Made by a program: the position numbers and the translations under genes. A stretch of DNA of 64,000 bases from Octopus vulgaris (taxonomy: Eukaryota), in NCBI GenBank assembly GCA_951406725.2, contig OX597818.1, positions 142,786,001-142,850,000 of the forward strand. Direction: 5' to 3'. Below are positions 26,563 to 37,522 of the stretch, piece after piece; within the stretch, counting starts at the first letter, position 1, and each line of letters opens with the position of its first letter. The notes beneath the pieces were generated by a model. The model was not told where the DNA came from. It did no database searches and saw nothing but the letters and a program-made list of their open reading frames with translations.

Positions 26563-27844
26563 GAGCACACAGTTTATAGGTGTTTAATTCTGGAAAGAAG
26601 AATAAATAAATTAATTATCCTTCTTCAAGAAAAAGCTCAGACTAGAAAGTATTACAGATTTGGTTATTGTCACTATTGTGTGGAATGAATGGTGGATGAA
26701 AAGGGTGGGAAAAGTTTTAGAGCTAAGAGCAAGTTTGTCAAGGGAGACAATTGGTAGGGGAGTAGTTCCTTAGCAGGGAAAGTGTATTTAAGAGTTGGAG
26801 TGCCCTTTGGAGCCTTTAAGTTGCCCAAGCTACTAGAAATGGTAACCAAATTTCCCTCAAATTACTCTCTATCATGTTAAATTAATAGATAATATAGTCT
26901 TAATTAGATAATATAGTCTTACATATTCCTAAAAAAAGTAGTCATGGCTGGAATGTTTTTGATTATAGATCTGCTCCTACAGGTTTAATCTGGAGTAAAT
27001 AACAACACTTTAATTGTGGCTTTCTTGACTGATTCATTGAAAATTAAAGTGATATTGTAATAGTACACCACATGACATACTAACATTTCATTTAGCTACA
27101 CCTCTTACTAATTTGACAATGTTGTGCAATGTTTCTGTGTTGTAACATTAGTGGAAAGAACACAAAACTTATTTCTCAGTTTATCTAGATGCAGAGGTTA
27201 TCAGTAGAAATGGAGAAAAATTCATATGCAATCCACGTCGTCACTTATTGAAATACGAGAGTTATCTTTCTTCATCTGATATTTAATTGCTTTCTTTGAA
27301 CGAAGATTATTTCTCTCAACTGTCTGTATATTGTTACTCCTGAGATTTCCAATTATATATAAGTAGAGAAACCAGGCTGTAGAACTCGCCTGCTAAATTT
27401 TCTGATTCTTTTCAATTAACTGAATGATGTCATTTACTATAGCATAGGGATGTTCTTAAACTGAAGTGAGTAGCATTCATTCCTTCTCTGAGATATTACC
27501 TAGAAATGTGACATGAAAACATGTGACTGAAAACAATCAATACCTGGCTATGAATTCAGCTCATCAAAAGTTTATGGTTCACCATATTCTCCTTTAATTC
27601 TTTTAAAGTGTGGTGTCCATTTAAGTATAACAATTGAAATATTTACTTTCAGTAGAGAGACATGTCCAATCAATCTGTGTTGTGAGCAAAAATACTCGTA
27701 TTCAGAAAAACTCTGCAAAATTCTTGAATTGAATAAAAAAGTAAAAGTTTTAAAATTGCTGTTTTCAGTTTCAGCAACAAAGTCTCTTAAAATGTTGACA
27801 TCTATTAACACTCATCGTTATACTGTTTTAATTTATGTTTCTAG

Positions 27845-27946
27845 GTGCAAATTGTGTCTTTGGATGAAGAAACATCTGAATTCACATCAAGAAGCACATT
27901 TGACCATCCTTACCCCACAACCAAAATCATGTGGATCCCGGATGCT
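27845..27946 (+). CDS. DCAF7: DCAF7 coding exon 2
   Basis: TAG|VQIVSLDEETSEFTSRSTFDHPYPTTKIMWIPDA|GTAAGT. Confidence 0.97.
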
Positions 27947-28099
27947 GTAAGTTATAGTTTATCATTTCTAGCTGTTCTTTTTTTCCCTCTTCCACATTTT
28001 ATCGTTTCTTTGAAATGCAATGTCTCATATTTTATTTCTCATTTATATTATTCAGATGACATCTTGCATTTGCTTCTGTTTTTGATTTCTTTTCTCTAG

Positions 28100-28198
28100 A
28101 AAGGTGTATTTCCTGATTTGCTAGCTACCAGTGGAGACTACTTGAGAGTATGGAGAGTTGGAGAGAATGATACAAGATTGGAGTGCCTCTTAAATAAT
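28100..28198 (+). CDS. DCAF7: DCAF7 coding exon 3
   Basis: TAG|KGVFPDLLATSGDYLRVWRVGENDTRLECLLNN|GTCAGT. Confidence 0.96.
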
Positions 28199-29195
28199 GT
28201 CAGTAACATTTCTTTATATTTGTTTTCTTGGACAGCGTCCTTCAATGATTTAAAAAAAAAAATTTTAAGAATGCTTTTATAAATTTTTTATTTTAACAGT
28301 TGAATAGTTGAGCTACAGTTTAGAAGCTGCTGGAATTAAAACTCGTTTTCCAGATATTCCATTCTACCCAATTTGTCACTGTGAATCTTGTAACTTTTGA
28401 TTCATCTAAAGGATTATATTTTCCTTTGTGTGTTATTTGATAGTGAATTATCTTGATCAAAGACATAGTACTTTGTTGCTAGTGATCCCATAAGATTTAA
28501 GTTTATAATCACTTCCAGTTTATAATCACTTTGCCGGATAGAATTGAGAGAGAGAGAAAGAACACACTCTCACTCAACCTGTACCTACTTGAAAAGTTCT
28601 CTTCAAAAGTATTTTATTTTTATTTTTACCTGCTAAGATATGAGGTACCTCACCAAAAGAGCTGTAAATCTTTTATTTTAAATAATTTGTAACAACATAA
28701 AATATTAAAGTAGTTTGAAAAGTGCACAAAACTCAGCTCTTGAGTCACTTGTATAGTTTTGCAGCTGAATAAAAATAACATATGCATTCTACATTTGCAT
28801 TTTGAGTTTCTCCTGTTTGTACCACAAAACCTGTAAAAACTTTATGTTCTGAGGTCAAATCCTGCTATGGTCAACCTCAACATTGCCTTTCAAATATTTC
28901 TTTTTATTTAGATATTGGACAATGAGTGAAGTTAGACATCAGCAGAAGGAAAAACAAAACATTATTGAGACTATCAATTTAGTATTCAAGACCCCACAAA
29001 TAGCTTAGAAACTGGTGTATCTAATTAAAAATATCAATATATTTTGTTGGAATCCTTTATTTCAAATTATTACTCCACATTGATTATTGTTAACTACATA
29101 ACTGATATATTTACAAGATATTTCTGGATTGTAAAACCTCATGGAATTTTGGTAATTTCCATGTGTTGTTTAACATTTTTCTTTTAATATTTCAG

Positions 29196-29309
29196 AACAA
29201 AAATTCAGATTTTTGTGCTCCTCTGACATCATTTGACTGGAATGAAATTGACCCTAATCTATTGGGAACTTCAAGTATTGACACTACTTGCACAATTTGG
29301 GGTTTAGAG
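29196..29309 (+). CDS. DCAF7: DCAF7 coding exon 4
   Basis: CAG|[38 protein letters not shown]|GTGAGA. Confidence 0.97.
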
Positions 29310-30685
29310 GTGAGAAACACATTTCCATTTTGCTCTCCATTAATCTCATTAGTGTCTTTATCATTGCGATCTTGAACGAACCACACTAATTAAACATGAC
29401 TGTTATAATGACCTGGATGCATTAAATGTTGAATATTTTAAAATATGAAATTTTTATTAGGCAGCTTGTTAATTGATAAATTTAAGTGAATTGTTTCAGT
29501 ATTGTTTCTGGTTGTATATTTCTAATTAATGTTTGAGTGTGTGACACAGGTGTGGCTGTGTGGTTAAGAAGTTTGCTTTCCAACCATATGGTCTTAGATT
29601 TAGCCCCATGGCAATCAAAGCCTTGTGAGTGGATTTAATAAACAGAAACTGAAAGAAGCCTATATATATATCATCATCGTCGTTTAACATCCGTTTTCCA
29701 TGCTGGTATGGGTTGGATGGTCTGACTGAGGATTGGCAAGCTAGTAGGCTGCACCAGGCTCCAATCTGAATTATCCCTGACTGGCTCCTGTGCCAGTGGT
29801 ACATAAAAAGCACCATCTGAATGTAGTCAATACCAGTGCCGCTTGACTGGCTCCCATGCCGGTAGCATGTAAAAAGCACCTACTACACTCTCAGAGTGCT
29901 TGGCATTAGGAAGGGTATCAAGCTGTAGAAACCTTGCCAGATCAGATTGATATATATCTACTTATATATATGAAGGGCTTCATTTTAGTTTCTGTCTATT
30001 AAATTTCTTCATAATGCATTAACCAACCTAAAGCTGTAGTGGAATACACTTACCTCCGGCATCACACTATGGGATGGAACCTGAAACTAGTGGTTGAAAG
30101 TGAACTTCCTAGTCACACAGCTATGTCTACACCTTCTACATCTGTATAAAATTTTCATGGATCAAGTTTCATATGCATAATTAAATTTGTTATACGGAAC
30201 CAGCGCCGCCTTGGCTGGCTTCCGTGCCGCTGGCACGTTAAAAGCTCCAACCGATTGTGGCCGATGCCGGACCCCCCCTGGCACCTGTGCAGGTGGCACG
30301 TAAAAAGCACCCACTACACTCGCGGAGTGGTTGGCGTTAGGAAGGGCATCCAGCCGTAGAAACACTGCCAGATCAGACTGGAGCAGCCCCTGGCTTCCCA
30401 GACCCCGGTTGAACCGTCCAACCCGTGCTAGCACGGAAAACGGACGTTAAACGATGATGATGATGATGATTAAATTTGTTATGCTGAACAGTTCCTCAAG
30501 ATTCACAGTTTGTGTTTCATCATTGATAAGAAGGTTTAATTTCTTTTTAGTTTTTCTATTTTTATTATAGATTTTTAGCCTTATTTTATCATTAGAAAAA
30601 ACACTGAAGTAAAGTTTCCTTATTTTTATCCTTTCTATGTAATGCGTTTTAGATAACATTTTTTTTTTGTTTCGTTTCTTTGCAG

Positions 30686-30818
30686 ACTGGTCAGCTTTTG
30701 TGCAGGGTAAATTTGGTGTCGGGCCATGTGAAGACACAGCTTATAGCTCACGACAAAGAAGTGTATGATATTGCTTTTAGTCGTGCTGGTGGTGGAAGAG
30801 ATATGTTTGCTAGTGTTG
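30686..30818 (+). CDS. DCAF7: DCAF7 coding exon 5
   Basis: CAG|TGQLLCRVNLVSGHVKTQLIAHDKEVYDIAFSRAGGGRDMFASV+G|GTAAGA (phase 1). Confidence 0.97.
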
Positions 30819-30923
30819 GTAAGATCACCAAGTACACGTTAATCCATTTTTGTTGAAATACTAATGTTTTCTCATTTTTGGTTAAGTACCTACTTTCAAC
30901 CTATATTTGTTGTTGATGTTATA

Positions 30924-32886
30924 AGGTAGTGAGCTGGCTGAATAGTTAACATACCAGACCAAATGCTTAGCAGCATCTCACCTATCTTTATGTTCTGAGT
31001 TCAAATTCAACTGAAATCAATTTTGCCTTTCATCCTTTTCGGGGTCAATGAAATAAGTACCAGTTGAGCACTGGGGTTTGATGTCATTGCCTATCCCCAT
31101 CCCCCAATATTTCAGGCCTTGTGTCTATTGTAGAAAGGATCATGAGATAGCAAGTTGGCAGAATAATTAGCATGACAACAAAATGTCTTGGGGGTATTTA
31201 TTCCAGGTTGTCGTATGTTCTGAGTTGAAATCCTGCTGAAGTCAACTATGCCTTTAATCCCTCCATGCTTGATAAAGTACCAGTCAAGTAGTGAGGTCAA
31301 TAGTATTGACTAAAACACCCCCCTCCAAATTTCAGGCCCTTTGCTGTTATTAGAAACAATTATTATTAAGTGTTGGGATAAATGCTTTGTTGTATTTGTT
31401 CTGAGTTCAAATCCTGCTATGGTCAACCTCAACATTGCCTTTCAAATCTTGAGGTTTGATAAAAGTACCAGTCAAGTACTGGGGTCATTAAAATGAACTA
31501 CCTCTCTGCCCCCAAATATCAGGTAATGTGCCTATAGTAGAAAGGATTATATTATTATTATTATTATTATTGTCGTCGTTGTTGGTGACGGCAAGCTGAA
31601 CAAAATGTTTAGCTGCAATTTAGTTTGTTTTTACACTCTGAGTTCAAATGGCACAAGGTCAACTTTGCCATTCATTTCTTTGGGGGTCAATGAAATAAAT
31701 ACCTGTTGAGCACTGGGGTCGCTATAATTGACTAGCCCCCTCCCCCAAATTTCAGGCCTGTTATACAAAGGATTATTATTATTATTATTCTGGTAGTGGT
31801 GAGCTGACAGAAATGTTAGAGCATCAGAAACAATGCCTTGTAACATTTGTCACTGCATTCTGAGTTCAAATCTCACCAAAGTTGTCTTTCCTCCTGAGGT
31901 TGGGCAGCCACTGAGGGCAACCTTGATAGAAGCAGCAAAACATTTTCGCAGTGTAGGGTCCGAGGTTCTGGCAGTGTTAATGCGTGGTCAGCCCACTTTT
32001 TGGAGCTGTGGACTTTTTTAGGTAGAATCCTCACCCTACTTCTAATTAGTGAGTGGTCTGTGTCACAATCCGCGCTGTAAGTAAATTACCTGTCAAGTAC
32101 TACAATCAGTGGTATTAACTAACCTTATTCCATAAAAAACTGGTTTTGTGCTTAAATCAGAAACCATAATTATTTTTATTACTTATTAAAGTTCCAAGCT
32201 AGCAGAATCATTAGCATGCTGGACAAAATGTATAATGACGTTTCTTCTAACTCATTTGCCTTTCAATATTTTGGGGTTGATCAAATAAGTATCAGTTCTA
32301 TATTTCTGAGATGAGGAATTTATATTATGTATACTGTTTATATTAGTTATACTCCTGTCCTTATTTTGATTGTTGCTTTCACTACACTTTGGCCGTTGTA
32401 TTCTCCAGCCATCTTCAGGTGTCTTGCATTGAACTTGGTTGTTGTATCAGAATTTTGAATTTTACCCTTTATATGATCCATGGGGTACACTGTCCTCATT
32501 TTGCTCTGTGTTTTAAGGGTTTTTTTTTTTGCTTCAGTTGATTTTTTTTGTGATTAAGGTAATTCTCAAAAAGATCAACTGAAGCAAGAATTGTCATGAA
32601 GCACAGAGAGCAGAATGAAAACAGTATACCCCTGTGTATCAAATAATGAGTTAGGCTTGAAATTCCGATACAACACCCAATTTCAACACAAGTCACCTGA
32701 AGAAGGCTGGAGTATACAACAGCCGAACTGTAGTGAAAGTAACAATCAAGACGACACCAGTCTGACTAATATAAACAGTAGACATAAAATAAGCATGAGT
32801 TGAACATTGAAGTTGATATAATCAACTAACCCATTTCCCTTAAGATTGCTGGTTTTTCACCAAAATTTGTAACCATCATTATTATT
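30924..32886 (+). mobile_element. Head-to-tail array of older family-B SINEs with (ATT)n tails
   Basis: At least six same-orientation degenerate copies. A similar minus-strand array lies at ~23535-24360. Confidence 0.7.
32320..32792. mobile_element. Inverted pair of Penelope-like terminal fragments with degenerate minimal hammerhead cores
   Basis: ~135-bp inverted arms (32320-32457 and 32657-32792), each with CAC-CTGAAGA-stem(GGCTG..C(A/G)GCC)-degenerate GAAA-GTA-GTG. Confidence 0.6.
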
Positions 32887-32896
32887 ACTTTGGCAG

Positions 32897-33048
32897 GGGC
32901 TGATGGATCTGTGAGAATGTTTGATTTACGACATCTGGAACATTCCACTATTATATATGAAGATCCCCAACATCATCCACTTCTACGGTTAGCATGGAAT
33001 AAGCAGGATCCTAACTACTTAGCGACAATGGCTATGGATGCAATGGAG
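32897..33048 (+). CDS. DCAF7: DCAF7 coding exon 6
   Basis: CAG|GG+[50 protein letters not shown]|GTAATG. Confidence 0.97.
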
Positions 33049-34349
33049 GTAATGTGGATTTGTTAAAAACAGTGATTCAAAAATCCATTTAGTATGGTTT
33101 GTTTTTTATTATGCACATTAATAGAAAGACTGATCTGAAGTAGATGTACAGATCTCTAAGTGGCTCTGTTGTAAAATTTGATTTTGACATGGTTATGAGG
33201 GATCAATTTATTTCTTATTTCCACATCTTTCATACTTGTATGTTTGAGTTGTTATATTGTGCAATTTTTTAAGACATTGAATATTCTCTCATCTTTTAAT
33301 AGTGACATTTTTCTAAAGTATATATGTGTGTGTGTAAATATCTCAAGGTATTCACAACAAAATAGCAAGATAGTATTAAAAATATACAAAAGCAAAATTA
33401 TAACAAAATAAAAATTTCATATATAGTTTGATTGCTAAAGAGACCTCTGTATCATCCTCTGTTAGTGTTCAACTGAAAAATGCAGGGCAATCTGCAAAAG
33501 TTCCTTTCTGCTCAGTAGAATTTGTTCAAATGACATCACTCGTATTGGTCTCAGGAATCAAACACCCATTACACTTTGTAAAGTGGCTGTCATTAGGAAG
33601 GGCATCTAACTCTGGAAACAATCCAAAACTGAGACACTGGAACAAGACATGGCCCTCTGATGAGTTGGATCTTGTCAAAACGTCCAACCCATCCCAGCAT
33701 GAAAGGCAGACATAAAATGATGACTAATGTCATCAAGAAAAGAGTTTGAAAAAAGATGATAGAAATACTGGTGTTTATTTTGATAGTTATAATGGCTTGT
33801 TTTCATCAAAGCAACTGATACCATCGGATCACTATTGTAGTTGCTGATATTGCACATGCAGTATGAGAGCCATTCCTATACGATAGTTAATTTGTGATAT
33901 ATCTGATGTCTAACAGAGCTTTGCACATCCTTGATATTTTACATCTGATAAATATGGTCAGTGGGCATAAATGGTAGTGTTATATTAAATATCTTACAGC
34001 ATCGTAATCCTTTTACACTGGGAGTTCAAATGCTACCAAAACAATTATGCCTCCTCCTCCTCCTCCTTCATCAGAAGGACAGGTGATAAGAAAATAAAAC
34101 TGAGGCAGTGATATGGGGAAGAGTGTGAGAGAGTAATAGAAGAGAACCAGAAATCTTAGATTCATCTTGTAGAACTAAGTCACCAGCATCCAGGAGTTCC
34201 CATAGGTAGCTGGTCTGAAACTCCTCTGTTATGACCAAGGGGGCTGTAATAAATGGAAGGAGGCTGAGAACTGATTCCTGAGATACACTTATTTACATCC
34301 TAAATTCTTTCTCAGAAACTCACAGTTAACTTCCATCTTGCACATGCTA

Positions 34350-35292
34350 TTTGTCTATCTCTAGTTCTCTCAGCAACCACCAGCCTACAGAGCATTGAAC
34401 TCTGTTGAAGTCCTTTGCCAAATCAACAAAAGTTTGGTAGAATGGCTTATTGATAGTTGAGTGCTTCTCCTGTAGTTGTCTCATAAAGATGAGGGCATTG
34501 GTGATACCAAGTCTTACAAAACCCAGAACTTGTCTCCTCTAGGCTAAATCCCTTCCCAAACACAGTCCATCAATTGAGTGCATCTGTTGTTGCTTGTCTT
34601 TAGATGAACATATCAGCATATTAACTACCATAAATGTCATAAAATGATTTGGGCATAAGAGGCATGACTGCATTAGTTTGGTCAAATGATGTGGATGAAT
34701 GTGGACAGCTGTTTGAAGAAGTGCTGATTTCTAACAGTGGAGGGAAGCTGTGGAAGAGGGAGGCCCAGGAAGACATAGGACAAGGTGGTGAAGCATGATC
34801 TTCAAACATTGGGTCTCATGGAGGCAATGACTAGTGACCAAGACTTTTGATGATATGCTGTGCTTGAGAAGAGACCTGTTAAGCCAAGTGGAATCATAGT
34901 TGTGACTGTTGTTGGTGTTGCGTAACTGGCATGTAAAGATCACAATGTGGCTGATGCCAGTGTCATGTAAAAAGCACCTTTCAAGTGTTGGGCCTCACAG
35001 AGGCAATGACAGATGACTGAGACCCTTTAGCAATATGCTGTGCTTGAGAAGAAGACCCATCAAGTCAAGTGGATCCTGATTATGGCAGATATTGGTGTCA
35101 TGCAACTGGCACGTAAAAGCAGCCATTACACTCTTCAAGTGGTTGGCGTTAAGAAGTGCATCCAGTCATAGAAACCACACCAAATCAGACAGAAGCCTGG
35201 TGCAGCCCCTCAGTTTACCAGCCCTGGTCAAACCATCCATCCCATCCCATGCCAGCATGGACAACAGACGTTAAATGGTGATGATGATGATG
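34350..35292. mobile_element. RTE LINE fragments in DCAF7 intron (RT piece on minus, 3' end on plus)
   Basis: Minus strand: IFMRQLQEKH..FVDLAKDFNRV. Plus strand: VEGSCGRGRPRKT..VKHDLQTLGL followed by the standard 3' tail. Confidence 0.7.
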
Positions 35293-36230
35293 TCTACCAC
35301 CATTTGTGTTATGATTGATTTTATCAATTACCATTAATGTTTGGAGGTATGAGATGTTTTGGCACAGCTGTTTTGACAATGCCTATTTGGCATTGCTAAT
35401 TTGATGCTGACTTATTCAACATCAAACATGTTGTCCCCAGGAAATTTTGGCACCTTGAAAATTTTGTTTCACAACTATTGAACTTCATTTAGCTTTCTGC
35501 TTCATTTGATCTATATGATGGCTGGTGAAACATTGACAAAATAGGGAAAAGAAAAATCTTCTCATTGGATTTATGAATGTCTTTGACAAAATAGAACTAA
35601 CAGAGAATTTAAATAATTTTGGTGCCGTGAGTAGAAAAATCACAGAGAGAAAAACATTAAGAGAAACTTCAAAAACATAACAAAACTATAAACATATTTG
35701 GACATACTTTTCTGAACTAATTTTTATTTTTTCATTCATTTATCCATACTGACTTAGAAAAAGTATTTTTTATAGATAGAAACAATGCTTATATAGTACT
35801 TGCAGGCTATTGGTGTATGATGTCAGTGTAGTTGATTTCCTGTGTGTTGTTCAGGAGTAGAGACATATAGTATTGCAGATATTTTCTGATGTGTCTAGTG
35901 ATTGTGTCTTGGTGCCATTGAATGAGGTTATAATTTGCTGTTTTCACGGTGATATGGACGAGATGAATTGGAGAACTTTTATATCTTCTTGCAGATTGTT
36001 GAAGCAAGTAATTTCGCAACAAAATTGCTTCTATACATTAATTTTCAATACATGAACTGATAATGGTGTCTATTTAAGAAAGCAGGATGGTAATCAATAT
36101 TGGTCATGTGTGTTTGTCTAGAGGCATTGTAAAGTTTTGATATTAGAAGTTGGGAATGAATGACAATATGTTAAAAATATGATAAAAATAAATAAATATA
36201 TAATAAAAATAAACCTCTTATTTCTTGCAG

Positions 36231-36348
36231 GTTATCATTCTTGATGTAAGAGTGCCATGCACCCCTGTGGCTCGACTCAATAATCACCGTGCCTGTGTGA
36301 ATGGTATTGCCTGGGCTCCACATTCCAGCTGTCACATCTGCACAGCTG
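36231..36348 (+). CDS. DCAF7: DCAF7 coding exon 7
   Basis: CAG|VIILDVRVPCTPVARLNNHRACVNGIAWAPHSSCHICTA+G|GTAAGT (phase 1). Confidence 0.97.
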
Positions 36349-37349
36349 GTAAGTTCATTCCCTTCTCTTGCAACTTTGTTTCTGTTTGCTTATTAAATAA
36401 CTTTTATTTATTTTTACGTCATTTTCTGAAGTTTTCTCTTCATTGCTCTGAGAGTTAGTTCACAACAAAATACCATTTCTACACTCAAAACTTTGTATTG
36501 TTGACAAAGCCAGGGTTGTTTCATATCATACCAGGCTGAACTTTGTCTTTAACAATCCTGCTTTATTTGATGTAAATTTTATCTAATATGCAAACAGCAC
36601 TTACCATTGTTCCAGTCAGAATTTTTTTCAGCTGTTTATATTCTCTGGTGTTGATTTTACTTTATTATATAACATTAGGAATCAAGAATCAAAAATTCGT
36701 TTAGATTTTAAAATAGAATTATTTTGAATTCTAACTTGGGGAGATAGTAAGGGGTATGCCTCTACCAAATTGAAGACCAAGTTGTTAGATTGTTAAAATA
36801 AATATCATTGGTATGGGCATGACTGGATTGATACAGATTTACTTCATAACCATGTGATTCTGAGTTCCATCATGCTGTGTGGGACTTCGGTCAAGTGTCT
36901 TCTACTATAGCTTCAGGTTGACCAATGCCTTGTGAGTGGAATTGGTAAGCAGAAACTGTAAGGAAGCTTGATATGTGCGTGAATGATTACATCTCATGTA
37001 TTTGCATGGGACCATTGAGTGGAACCATGATGATGGCATGGGACCATTGAGTGGAACCATTGAGTGGAACCATGATGATGTGTTGACATTTCCTTTTAGC
37101 AAATTGCTATTTGGTTCTATTGAATAAAAATATTCCTTACTTGAAAAACAAGTAAAGTTCTGTGACAGGAAGAATATCCAGCTGTAAAGTAATGTCTCCC
37201 AATAAATATTTGTCTAATTCATGTTAGCATGGAAAACGGATGTAAAAAGGACTAATTTGTACAAAATGTCAAATTTGGAATTTTAGATTGTATTCGACTT
37301 GTTATTGTTGTTATACGAAAACCCATTTTCCTTTGTTATTTTGTTGCAG

Positions 37350-37522
37350 CGGATGACCATCAAGCTCTGATATGGGATATACAGCAGATGCCTCGAGCTA
37401 TTGAAGACCCTATCTTAGCCTATACAGCAGCTGGTGAGATTAATCAAATCCAATGGTCATCGACCCAACCAGATTGGATTGCTATCTGCTATAACAACTG
37501 TTTGGAGATTCTGAGAGTTTGA
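37350..37522 (+). CDS. DCAF7: DCAF7 coding exon 8 (terminal, TGA stop)
   Basis: CAG|CG+[56 protein letters not shown]. The spliced CDS gives a 347-aa WD40 protein. Confidence 0.97.

Noticed and set aside
33655-33690. CTGATGAG hammerhead-like start
   Set aside because: No downstream GAAA, and it lies in a diverged RTE tail copy, so it is a chance match.
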